Assembly: GCA_963665115.1 (NCBI GenBank)
Contig: OY762007.1
Span: 2,656,001-2,720,000 of the forward strand
Direction: 5' to 3'
DNA from: an uncultured Rivularia sp.
GTDB taxonomy: Bacteria; Cyanobacteriota; Cyanobacteriia; Cyanobacteriales; Nostocaceae
DNA length: 64,000 nt
Below the pieces are notes generated by a model. The model made no database searches. It was given only the letters and a program-made list of their open reading frames with translations, and had not been told where the DNA came from. Below are positions 54,621 to 64,000 of this stretch, piece after piece (within the stretch, counting starts at the first letter, position 1; each line of letters opens with the position of its first letter). A program made the translations under genes and the position numbers.

Positions 54621-54767
54621 CCCCCGGTAGCTCAATTGGTAGTAGCGCCTGTTTGTTAGCGTTCACACAGTGAGTCGTTAGACTAAGCGTGTCTGAAAGA
54701 CATAGAACAGGAGGTCGTCAGTATCTCCCGGAGAGAGACGCTGCGCTAACAATTCTGACCTGGGGGA
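54621..54767 (+). tRNA. trnF: tRNA-Phe(GAA) interrupted in both the anticodon and the T-loop
   Basis: CCCCCGG/CTGGGGG-A acceptor; CCTGT-TT-G[48 nt insert 54656-54703]A-GA-ACAGG; GTCAG-T[27 nt insert 54723-54749]CAATT-CTGAC. The GAA anticodon is inferred from the insertion rule. Confidence 0.75.
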
Positions 54768-54772
54768 CTCAT

Positions 54773-54845
<73 letters not shown>

Positions 54846-54849
54846 TTAT

Positions 54850-54923
54850 TGGGAAGTAGGCAAATAGGTAAAGCCGTCGCACTTTGAATGCGAAATTTGA
54901 AGGTTCGATCCCTTCCTTCCCAG
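54850..54923 (+). tRNA. trnQ: tRNA-Gln(TTG)
   Basis: TGGGAAG/CTTCCCA, TCGCA-CT-TTG-AA-TGCGA, GAAGG-TTCGATC-CCTTC. Confidence 0.9.
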
Positions 54924-54928
54924 CTTAT

Positions 54929-55028
54929 GCTGCTGTAGCCCAACTGGAAGAGGCGCTGGTCTTAGAAACCAGGCGTTGTGGGTATCTCCCTCCGGGAGAC
55001 GCTCCGCTAACAACTCCCACCAGCAGTA
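54929..55028 (+). tRNA. trnL: tRNA-Leu(TAG) with a 27-nt insertion in the T-loop
   Basis: GCTGCTG/CAGCAGT, CTGGT-CT-TAG-AA-ACCAG, GTGGG-T[54984-55010]CAACT-CCCAC; short variable loop. Confidence 0.8.
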
Positions 55029-55071
55029 TTATCCTGTAGTGCAGTTAATAAATGCTGCCACTTGGATTCAT

Positions 55072-55144
55072 GGGTTGTTAGCTCAGTTGGCAGAGCATCC
55101 GCCTTTTAAGCGGAAGTGCGTAGGTTCAATCCCTACACAACCCA
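55072..55144 (+). tRNA. trnK: tRNA-Lys(TTT)
   Basis: GGGTTGT/ACAACCC, TCCGC-CT-TTT-AA-GCGGA, GTAGG-TTCAATC-CCTAC. Confidence 0.9.
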
Positions 55145-55148
55145 CCTT

Positions 55149-55222
55149 ACCCCTGTAACCCAATTGGAAGAGGTGCCAAACTTAAAATCTGGAAGTTGCT
55201 GGTTCAAATCCAGTCAGGGGTA
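55149..55222 (+). tRNA. trnL: tRNA-Leu(TAA), intronless, short variable loop
   Basis: ACCCCTG/CAGGGGT, CCAAA-CT-TAA-AA-TCTGG (one mismatch), GCTGG-TTCAAAT-CCAGT. Confidence 0.8.
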
Positions 55223-55280
55223 TTGCAGAGGCATTTTAGTCTTTGTTTTTATAGGAGTGAATCTAACATTTCTAGTTTAC

Positions 55281-55354
55281 GGGGTCATAGCTCAGTTGGA
55301 TAGAGCGCTAGTTTTGCAAGCTAGAGGTTAGGGGTTCAATTCCCCTTGATTCCA
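55281..55354 (+). tRNA. trnA: tRNA-Ala(TGC)
   Basis: G3:U70 pair, CTAGT-TT-TGC-AA-GCTAG, AGGGG-TTCAATT-CCCCT. Confidence 0.9.
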
Positions 55355-55358
55355 TTAT

Positions 55359-55459
55359 GGTGTCAGAAGTCAAAGTGGTCGAGACGCTTGTTTGTGGAAC
55401 AAGTAATTAGCGGGTATGTCCTTACGGACACGCTCCGCTAACAAGTCCCGTCTGACACC
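55359..55459 (+). tRNA. trnH: tRNA-His(GTG) with a 26-nt insertion in the T-loop
   Basis: G-1 plus GTGTCAG/CTGACAC-C, CTTGT-TT-GTG-GA-ACAAG, GCGGG-T[55416-55441]CAAGT-CCCGT. Confidence 0.8.
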
Positions 55460-55466
55460 CCTTTAA

Positions 55467-55578
55467 GGAAGATGCTGCTCATGGGAGAGCAACTGCATAA
55501 GGAAAACCAGAGTAAGGGTCACACTTAGGGGGTTCTCCCAAAGGGAGACGCTGACGCGAACGATCCCTCCATCTTCCT
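55467..55578 (+). pseudogene. Ser-like tRNA gene (possibly GGA anticodon, 8-bp acceptor) with damaged anticodon arm and a 26-nt T-loop insertion
   Basis: GGAAGATG/CATCTTCC, D stem GCTC/GAGC, variable arm TAAG/CTTA, GGGG-TT[55535-55560]CGATC-CCTC. Confidence 0.6.
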
Positions 55579-55721
55579 TTACCACTAGAGTTCGATCGCA
55601 AAAAATAAATTATTTCTAACTTTAGATACTGGCAATTTGTGTCAAAGTTAGAGGATGCTGTTTAAATATTGCTTTTAATCAAGTAAACCCATTTAGATTA
55701 AATTAAAATTCACTTCAGTTC

Positions 55722-57068
55722 ATGACAGAAGCATCCGCAAAACGAGAAGCATTTATTCCCTACCGTCGCAGCGATATTATCAAACTTTGTTTGGATGATG
55801 GTCGGTTAAGTGCTGCTGAGGCTCAAAAGTTTAAAGATTTTTGCGAAATTTTATCGTCATATTATCATTTTCGCTTTCACAAAACCCTGGAAATCATAAA
55901 AGATAATTACGTGCCTTTTAATCCGAATGCGGATGTTGAAGCTTTGGTTCCACCAAGTTTTGAGCAATATGACGCAATGGAATCAAGCGTAGTTGATGGA
56001 TTCGAGCATATTCTGGAAAGAGCTAATTATATTAAATTACCTGAGTATGATGTAAAACAATCTTTGGGTCAAACATCTTTAATAGATTTAAGAACTGAAG
56101 TTGATTTTGATGATTTTGATAGATTTATCTGCTATTACCGGGGTGATTCGTATAAAACAATTATGCAGAAAAAGTTCTTTTTTTGGAAGAAAGAAAGAAG
56201 AATCGATATTTTTGAAAGAATTGTTTTATTAATCAAGTTTAAGGAAGCAGCTTATTTCGGCACGAAGAAAGACAAAAAGAAGGAGCTTAAATTTCTTCCC
56301 GGTAAAATGTATGTTTATTTTTACAAAAATATTCCGAAATTAGATATTGATTTGCTCTTTCCTAACGTTACTACCAGCATGACTTGGAAAGACAGATTAT
56401 TGTTTGGGGTTCCTGCTATCGGTGCTGCGATTCCTTTGATTTTAAGAGCATTACCAAATATATTGTTACTAATTGCGGCAATATTATTCGCATTAAATGC
56501 AGAACCTTTGATAGAAGAGTTAAAGGTTGAAGAATCTCAAGTCAGAAATGTAATGCCCATTTTAGTCGCTACTCTATCATTAGGAATGGCTTTAGGTGGA
56601 TTTGCTTTTAAACAATATAGTAATTATAAAAGTAAGCGAATCAAGTTTCAAAAAGATATCACAGAAACGCTTTTCTTTAAAAATTTAGGGAATAATGACA
56701 GCGTATTTCAAACTTTTATTGATTTGGCAGAAGAAGAAGAATGTAAAGAAATTATTCTTGTATATTACCATTTGCTGACTAGCGAAAAACAACTTACCCC
56801 GGAAGAGTTAGATGCTCGTATCGAAGCTTGGATGCAGAAAAAGCTGGGTACTGCAATCAACTTTGATATTCATGGACCATTAGATAATTTAGCAAATATT
56901 TACGGTAAGTTGATTACAAATAGTTTATCTGAGGAGAGTCTACCGGAAATTCCATTATTAAGATATGACAATGAAGGATTTTGTAACGTTCTTCCTCTTA
57001 ATGATGCCAAGAAAGTTATCGATTATGTTTGGGATAATGCGTTTAATTATAACGGGATAAAATTGTGA
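55722..57068 (+). CDS. DUF3754 / TMEM143-family membrane protein
   Basis: REAFIP, Y.PFNP, LERANY, KNIPKLDIDLLFP, AEEEECKEIILVYY. Confidence 0.8.
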   Translation: MTEASAKREAFIPYRRSDIIKLCLDDGRLSAAEAQKFKDFCEILSSYYHFRFHKTLEIIKDNYVPFNPNADVEALVPPSFEQYDAMESSVVDGFEHILERANYIKLPEYDVKQSLGQTSLIDLRTEVDFDDFDRFICYYRGDSYKTIMQKKFFFWKKERRIDIFERIVLLIKFKEAAYFGTKKDKKKELKFLPGKMYVYFYKNIPKLDIDLLFPNVTTSMTWKDRLLFGVPAIGAAIPLILRALPNILLLIAAILFALNAEPLIEELKVEESQVRNVMPILVATLSLGMALGGFAFKQYSNYKSKRIKFQKDITETLFFKNLGNNDSVFQTFIDLAEEEECKEIILVYYHLLTSEKQLTPEELDARIEAWMQKKLGTAINFDIHGPLDNLANIYGKLITNSLSEESLPEIPLLRYDNEGFCNVLPLNDAKKVIDYVWDNAFNYNGIKL

Positions 57069-57269
57069 AGAAGAGCTAAAACTTACTTCTACCATTAATA
57101 TTCTATCATTTGTCTAAATTCGTTACATCGTTCACGAGTCACAATTCTCACATATACAAACAATATCATTAAGTAACTACACGGAAATAAAAAATTAGAA
57201 ATATGAACTGAGGAGGTTTGTCAGTATAAACTCTGAACTCATTTAGTCCCCGTATGGGCTATATGTAGT

Positions 57270-60200
57270 ATGTTATATCGCATCTACTATGTAACGGTGT
57301 ATTTATTTTTCTACAATCTTGATTTTTTTATAATTCAAAATTATTCTTTGAGAATACAGCAATTTTTCATCTCATCAGCTTTGAATGAATATTTTGGTGT
57401 CGAATTGCTTGCTGTTTTGCTGTTAACAGCTACGGTAATAGTCATTATAAATTTATTTTTTAGCAAAAAAATACTGGAAGCGGAGCAGGAATTAAAGAAA
57501 CAGATCGTTGGGCGCAAACAAGCTGAGGAAGTGCTGGTTTTGAGCCAAGATCGTTTAAGATTACTTAACAGTATTTTAACTGGTGTTCCTTTGGGTATGT
57601 CCGTTGAGCAGATAATAAAAAATACGACAAAAGAACTTCATAGACATTTTTCCGACCTAAAAGTTGCTTTTTCAGATATAGATAACAATGGTATTTTAAC
57701 CGTTAATCATTCTGTAGAAACATCGGATAAGTCGTATCTACAAGGTTTTATTGCTGATTTAACTACGGCTCCCGATTACTTTTTCACTTTAATAAATGGT
57801 CAGAAATTTATCGTTGAAGACGTTACTCAAAATAAATGTTTAGCATCTTTGGCATCCGATATTTTAAAAATTGATAATCAAGCTATATTAGAAATTCCCT
57901 TACGAGATTCGAGCGGGTTAATTGGTGTACTTGGTTTTTATGATTCGCAACCGCGAAAGTGGAGCGAATATGAAATTAATACAATTACTGAAGTTGCTAA
58001 TTATTTACTTGTGGCAATTCAGGATATTCAAAGTCAACAGGAAAATAAACGAACTCAAGTAGAGCTTAAGGAAAGTGAAGCATTCTTAAGAACGCTTTAT
58101 GAAGTAGCAGTCGCTCGTAATTTTGATTTTGAGCAACGCATTCAATATTTATTGGCAATGGGATGTCAAACTTTTGGTGTGGAGTTTGGTATCTTGGCAC
58201 GAATTGAGGATAACCACTATCACGTAACTGTCGCACAGACTCCGGATGATTCCCTATGTTCGGGATCTATTGTCGAATTGGAGCAAACTTTGTCTTATGA
58301 GGTGCTCGATAATGATGAACCTTTGATAATTTCACATAGTAAAAATTCTCCTTGGTGCAATCATCCCGGCTATATAAAGTTTGGTATGGAATTTTATATA
58401 GGGGCACGGATACTAGTTGCAGGCAAAGTTCACAGTACCCTTTCCTTCTCCAGCCTCAAACCACGGCAACAACGGTTTAAAAATACATATAGAGAATTAT
58501 TAAAGTTAATGGCTCAATGGGTGGGCAGCCAAATCGAACGGGAACAAGCCGAACAAGCTTTGAAACAGCAATTTAATCGTGCTTTGTTACTCAAGCAAAT
58601 TACTAATGAAGTTCGTCGCAGTTTAGATGCAAAGCAAATTTTTCAAACTACTGCAATTCAAATTGCCAATGCTTTTAAAGTTAATCGCTGTTTAATTCAC
58701 AACTATATACCTGGTTCAATTAATAAGATTCCTACTGTGGTGGAATATTTAGAGCCAGGTTATCGATCGGTACGACACTATCAAATACCAATTGAGGGTA
58801 ATCCTCATGCGGAGAAAATGGTATCTCAAGATAGCGCGATCGCAACAGCAAATGTTTTTACGGAAACCGTTATTGGAATCTGCTGTAGATATCTGTGCGG
58901 AAATGCAAATCAAGTCGATGTTGGCAATTCGCACTTCATATCAAGGTGAAGCGAATGGCAGTATTGGATTGCATCAGTGCGATAATTATCGTGAGTGGAC
59001 TAGGGATGAAATAGAGTTATTAGAATCTGTAGCCGCACAGGTAGGAATTGCTCTTGCTCAAGCTCGTCTTTTGGAACAAGAAACTCAACAAAAGCAAGAA
59101 CTTACTATCAAAAATAGTCAGTTGGAACAAGCAAAACAAGGAGCCGAAGCTGCAAATCGTGCCAAAAGTGAGTTTTTAGCGATGATGAGCCATGAAATCC
59201 GCACTCCAATGAATGCGGTGATTGGTATGAGTGGGTTGTTGCTGGATATGGATTTGACTCCCCGGCAATTGGATTTTGTAGAAACCATCCGCAGCAGTAG
59301 CGATACATTACTAGCTATTATTAACGATATTTTAGACTTTTCTAAGATTGAATCGGGTAAATTAGATTTGGAGACAATTCCATTTGATTTACGTAATTGT
59401 GTAGAAGAATCTTTAGATTTATTAACTTCTCAAGCTGCTGCTAAACACCTGAACTTAGCGTATATAATTGATTCTCAAGCTCCAATTTCTATTATTGGAG
59501 ATGTAACGCGAGTGCGGCAAATATTAATAAATTTACTTACAAATGCGGTTAAGTTTACAAAAGCTGGTGAGGTGGTTGTTTCTGTAACAGCTAAACAATT
59601 AACCAGTAATTTAACAACGAGCAATTATGAAATTCAATTTGCTGTTAGGGATACGGGAATTGGTATTCCCCAGGAAAAGATTAACCGATTATTTAACCCT
59701 TTTACCCAAATTGATGCATCAATGACTCGTCAATACGGGGGTACTGGATTGGGTTTAGCCATCAGCAAGCGCTTAAGCGAAATTATGGATGGTACGATGT
59801 GGGTAGAAAGTACTGTAGGTGAAGGTTCTACATTTTATTTCACAATTGTTGCCCAGTCGTGTAAAAACTCGGCACTTACCAATCTTGACAATATTCAACC
59901 ACAGATGGCTGGTAAACGACTGTTGATAGTTGATGACAATGCTACCAACCGCAAAATTCTGAGTTTACAAATGCAGAAATGGGGAATAATTGTTTTCACA
60001 GCAGCAGACGGTTTGCAAGCTTTGGAATTAATTAATTCCGGAGAACAATTTGATCTGGCAATTGTAGATATGCGAATGCCGCAAATGGATGGTTTAAGCT
60101 TGGCTTCTCGGATTCATTCTATCCCTGATTACCAACGCTTACCGATAGTAATATTAAGTTCCGTCGATCGATCGGCTCAAAAGCAACTTGCAGTCAAATC

Positions 60201-61143
60201 AGAATTTGTTTCTCTACTCAACAAACCAATCAAACAATCCCAACTATACGATACCTGCGTTCGTATATTATGCGGAAAACAAATTTCCGTTTTACCTTTA
60301 GCATCCTCAGTGTCTAAATTTGATTCTCAATTGAGTCAAACATTACCGTTACGCATTCTTTTAGTGGAAGATATGCCTTTAAATCAAAAGGTAGCTTTAC
60401 ATATGTTACAAAAATTAGGCTATGGCGCTGATGTCGCTTGTAATGGTTTAGAAGGGCTTTCGAGTTTGCGCCGTCAAGATTACGATCTTGTTTTCATGGA
60501 TATACAAATGCCGGAAATGGATGGATTGCAAGCAACTCGCCGTATCTGTAAAGAATGGTTGCCCCCCAAACGCCCTTGGATTGTTGCCATGACGGCAAAT
60601 GCTATGCAAGGTGACAGGGAAGAATGTTTGAATGCCGGAATGAATGACTATGTTAGTAAACCCGTGCGAATTGAAGCTTTAATGGAAATTTTTCATAACT
60701 ATCAAAATTTGCAGCAACCTTTAAATCAAGATTCCGATTCTACCGCTGTTTTTAATCGAGAAGAATCGATGGGGAATGCCCTGCCAGTTATTGATGCTCA
60801 AATATTGCAAGAATTAAAAGATATGGCAGGTGATGATGGTGATGAAATGGTAGCGGAATTAATTGATAGCTATCTCGAAGATGCAGCACTAAAACCGCAA
60901 GAAATTCGTCGCGCTATCGATCGAGATGATGCTGAATATCTACGTGATTCTGCTCATGCTTTAAAGTCGTTAAGCGCCACTATTGGGGCTGTCTCGCTGG
61001 CTGAGGTATGCACGAGATTAGAAGCTATAGGTCGTTCTGGAACAACATCCAATGCTTGTACTTTACTGAAAAAACTTGATACCGAGTACCAACGAGTAGA
61101 AACAGCTTTGCAACAGCACTATCCGACTAAGAGGACATCATGA
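57270..61143 (+). CDS. Hybrid sensor histidine kinase (GAF x3, HisKA, HATPase, 2 REC, Hpt), split by a +1 frameshift at ~58864-58866
   Basis: [33 protein letters not shown], two receiver domains, Hpt AHALKS. Removing one A restores NVFTEPLLESAV. Confidence 0.9.
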
Positions 61144-62084
61144 TTAATCTCGAATTGCAACGTAATCCACTCCAAATTCTTGTAGTAGATGACCAAAGAA
61201 CTTTACGATTAGTATTGCGTAAAGCGATAGAAAAGCAGGGACATCGGGTAATAGAAGCTTGCAACGGACAACATTGTTTAGATATCTGTCAAAAAGAAAC
61301 ACCAGACATGATTTTACTCGATGCCATGATGCCGGGAATGGATGGGTTTGCTTGCTGTAATAAATTACAAACACTTATGGGTAAAGATTGTCCGCCGATT
61401 TTGATGATAACAGTTCTCGATGACCAAGAATCAGTAGAACGAGCTTTTCAGGTAGGAGCAAGCGATTACATTACAAAACCCATAAAATGGGACGTATTAG
61501 AGCGGAGAGTTAATCGGTTATTAACATCTCGATTGGCAATATTAGAAACTCGTCGCCAAATTGAACGAGAATGTCGATTAACAGTCGGTTTAGAAACAGC
61601 AAATCGAGAATTACAAAACCTTTCTTCTAGCGATGTTTTGACTAAAGTCGCCAGTCGTTCTTTTTTTAACGAGTACTTACAGCGTGAATGGAAACGATTA
61701 CAAAAGTACGAATTACCTATATCTTTAATTTTATGTAAAATTAATTTTGCACAAATAGATTATCAAGGGAAAGATGAGTATTTATGTCACATTGCTGATA
61801 CCATGCGTAAATGTAAAAAGCACTCAACCGATTTTATTGCTCGCTACAGCGATGAACAATTTGTCATGATATTAGCCAATACTCAAGCTGAAGAAGCAAC
61901 AGAAGTAGTCAAAAAAATTCAACATTCTATAGAATCATTAGATATACAAAACGAAGCTTTAAAAATTTATTTTGGTTCTGCTAGTATGGTTCCCCTTGAA
62001 GAATCATCTGCATATCAATTAGTGAAAAATGCGGAGAAACAGTTAGCAATTAGCAACGAAAAATTAACAATCATAAATTATTAA
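61140..62084 (+). CDS. Response regulator with receiver and degenerate GGDEF domain
   Basis: [20 protein letters not shown]; the GGDEF position reads ARYSDEQF; 4-bp overlap with the kinase. Confidence 0.85.
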   Translation: MINLELQRNPLQILVVDDQRTLRLVLRKAIEKQGHRVIEACNGQHCLDICQKETPDMILLDAMMPGMDGFACCNKLQTLMGKDCPPILMITVLDDQESVERAFQVGASDYITKPIKWDVLERRVNRLLTSRLAILETRRQIERECRLTVGLETANRELQNLSSSDVLTKVASRSFFNEYLQREWKRLQKYELPISLILCKINFAQIDYQGKDEYLCHIADTMRKCKKHSTDFIARYSDEQFVMILANTQAEEATEVVKKIQHSIESLDIQNEALKIYFGSASMVPLEESSAYQLVKNAEKQLAISNEKLTIINY

Positions 62085-62089
62085 TGATT

Positions 62090-62186
62090 TGTAGGGTGTG
62101 TGACTATAGTGTTAATTTTAATCAATTATCCGCGCTTTTTTCATGATTTTTTCTCCCTAAAAAGCCACAGAGTCAACACCCTACAA
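62090..62186. repeat. REP-like inverted repeat between convergent genes
   Basis: TGTAGGGTGT..GACT...AGTC..ACACCCTACA. Confidence 0.65.
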
Positions 62187-62210
62187 GTTGATTGATAACT
62201 GTTAACAGAC

Positions 62211-63212
62211 TTACCCTAAATAAACAATATACATACCGCCAATATATAAAACAACTAATCCCAAAACGTCATAGGTAAGATATAACCTCGATGGACGTGT
62301 TGCGCGGTAAATTAATCCTACAATCGCTAAAGAAGTCATCATCATGGCAATAATCGCAGTGAAAATATGCACATTGCTTATTTTTGTCCATAGATCGCCT
62401 TTCATATAGACAATATCGTAAACTCCTAAAATTGCCATATTAAAAATATTGGAACCAAAAACGTTGGAAATTGCTAAATCAACAGCATCCAATCGTACCG
62501 CAGCGATTCCAGCAGCAACTTCGGGAAGAGACGTAGTAATTGCGATTAATAACGAACCAATAAAACTTTCTTCCAATCCCGTGGCTTGCACTACTTTATC
62601 TCCCAACAAAGCCAACCATACCCCAAGTACCACAATTGCCAAGGAACATAAAGCAAATGTTAAATATGCTGTTCGCGGTTTAACGTGTGCGTATTCATAA
62701 GCTTCACTTTCTTGTTCTAATACTTGGTTGCGTCGTCTCGTTTCAAACTTGGCAATCAAACGAGCGCTAATTAGATAAATTACGATTAGTACAAGACTCG
62801 GAATACCAATCCAACCCAACATCGGGTGTAAGCCTTTACCCGCTAAAAATATTCCAGTCGCAGCAACACCCAACATTAAAGAGCCTAAACCAGCAGCCAA
62901 ACCGTGACTAACTTGCGCTTGTTGGAAAAGCGGGCCTCCTCCGGTAATAATATCTAATATTGCCAGAATCACTAAATTGAACAAACAGCTACCAAAAATA
63001 CCTCCTGCCGCTAAATCTGGTGCATCCAGATAATTAACCGCACTTATACCAGTAGCCAATTCCGGCAACGAAGTACTTCCAGCAAGTAAAATTGCACCAA
63101 CCCAATTACGTCCTAAACCACTCTTCTCAGCCACCATATCGGCGCTTTGCGAAAGTTTTGAACTTACTGCTATCACTAGCGCTATACATATAATGACTTG
63201 AATCCAAAGCAT
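62211..63212 (-). CDS. Na+/Ca2+ (CaCA family) antiporter
   Basis: Two alpha repeats: AGSTSLPEL...GSCLFN and AITTSLPEV...GSNIFN. Confidence 0.9.
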   Translation of the reverse strand: MLWIQVIICIALVIAVSSKLSQSADMVAEKSGLGRNWVGAILLAGSTSLPELATGISAVNYLDAPDLAAGGIFGSCLFNLVILAILDIITGGGPLFQQAQVSHGLAAGLGSLMLGVAATGIFLAGKGLHPMLGWIGIPSLVLIVIYLISARLIAKFETRRRNQVLEQESEAYEYAHVKPRTAYLTFALCSLAIVVLGVWLALLGDKVVQATGLEESFIGSLLIAITTSLPEVAAGIAAVRLDAVDLAISNVFGSNIFNMAILGVYDIVYMKGDLWTKISNVHIFTAIIAMMMTSLAIVGLIYRATRPSRLYLTYDVLGLVVLYIGGMYIVYLG

Positions 63213-63307
63213 TTAGGACTTCCCCTGGTTACGCTGTTTCTCAGATGATATGTTATTACTTCTCGACTCGAATTGTAAGGTGTTTATTCGTAATAGTTAA
63301 CAGTTGA

Positions 63308-63372
63308 TTAGGGATTGGGGATTGGTAATTGGTAATTGGTAATTGGGGATTGGTAATTGAGTTAGGAGTTAG
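63308..63372. repeat. STRR repeats (GGGATTG / TAATTGG)
   Basis: Tandem heptamers. Confidence 0.8.
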
Positions 63373-63397
63373 AAATGACGAATTATCTCCCCACCCC

Positions 63398-64000
63398 TCA
63401 CTCTCCGTCTTCTATATTCATCAAGCGAGGATAAGCTAAATTGTGCTTTGCGAACACTCGTTTTGCTCTTTTTGTCAAGTCAGTTTTGTAAATAAATTCG
63501 TCTCTTGCATCTAAAGGATAACTTTTAAGTTGAAACAAGGTTCCCCAGGGTTTTTCTTCTACGATTACTAAAATAGGAAGTTTTAAATAAGTGTATTTAC
63601 TGGTATATGCCACTCTATATAAAATTTTTGTGACTAATTCAGGATCTACCTCATGAGCAAAGTAAAATTCCGCGATTACCTGGGCTTCTAACTCACCCAT
63701 GTTGGCATTAGATACCGCATTTGTCCAAATTTTATTGTGGGGTATGGTAACAACGTTATCTTCTGGGGTTTGTAAGCGGATTCCCCTGAGTCCGTAACCA
63801 ACCACCTCGCCGTAGAAATCTTCAATTTGAATGCGATCGCCAACTCGATAGGGTGCTTCAAATAAACCGACGATTCCGGCAATGATGGAACTTGCGTAAT
63901 CTTTAAATGCAAAACCCAATGCCACAGCGACGGTACCCGTAACTGCAACTAAGTTATCTCGGGATAAGTTTAAAAATAAGTTCATTAACAATACGATGGT
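63398..64000 (-). CDS. MscS-family mechanosensitive channel (5' end outside the window)
   Basis: ALGFAFKDYASSIIAG, PYRVGDRIQI, VVTIPHN. Confidence 0.85.
   Translation of the reverse strand, partial: TIVLLMNLFLNLSRDNLVAVTGTVAVALGFAFKDYASSIIAGIVGLFEAPYRVGDRIQIEDFYGEVVGYGLRGIRLQTPEDNVVTIPHNKIWTNAVSNANMGELEAQVIAEFYFAHEVDPELVTKILYRVAYTSKYTYLKLPILVIVEEKPWGTLFQLKSYPLDARDEFIYKTDLTKRAKRVFAKHNLAYPRLMNIEDGE

Noticed and set aside
54656..54703. Group I/II or archaeal-type intron in the tRNA-Phe anticodon loop
   Set aside because: It is far too short for a self-splicing intron, splits the anticodon itself, and matches dispersed repeats elsewhere in the window
54976..55331. ORFs 54976-55158 and 55116-55331
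   Set aside because: They overlap well-formed tRNA genes and are spurious translations

Overview
64 kb of an AT-rich filamentous cyanobacterial chromosome. A Nostocales-like source is suggested by abundant HIP1 GCGATCGC sites, heptamer STRR tandem repeats and the ndhF3-ndhD3-cupA genes. Housekeeping content includes hisIE, hemL, recA, dcd, thyX, aroA, ilvA, hppD, speB-like and a probable 6S RNA. The window also holds a type I secretion locus with a probable VWA/Calx-beta substrate, a small accessory/defence patch (BrnTA, a tandem-DUF262/HNH nuclease, Uma2, a Zorya-like fusion relic) and a two-component signalling pair. The standout feature is a ~1.55 kb tRNA gene array (54035-55578) with a repeat-laden promoter. 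In it, four tRNA genes are interrupted by 23-27 nt double-hairpin micro-elements, always inserted at the TT^C trinucleotide: four in T-loops, one in reverse orientation in the GAA anticodon of tRNA-Phe, and one nested inside another. The same micro-elements occur elsewhere in the window inside other repeats. Six genes carry single extra bases in homopolymer runs, most likely sequencing or assembly errors.
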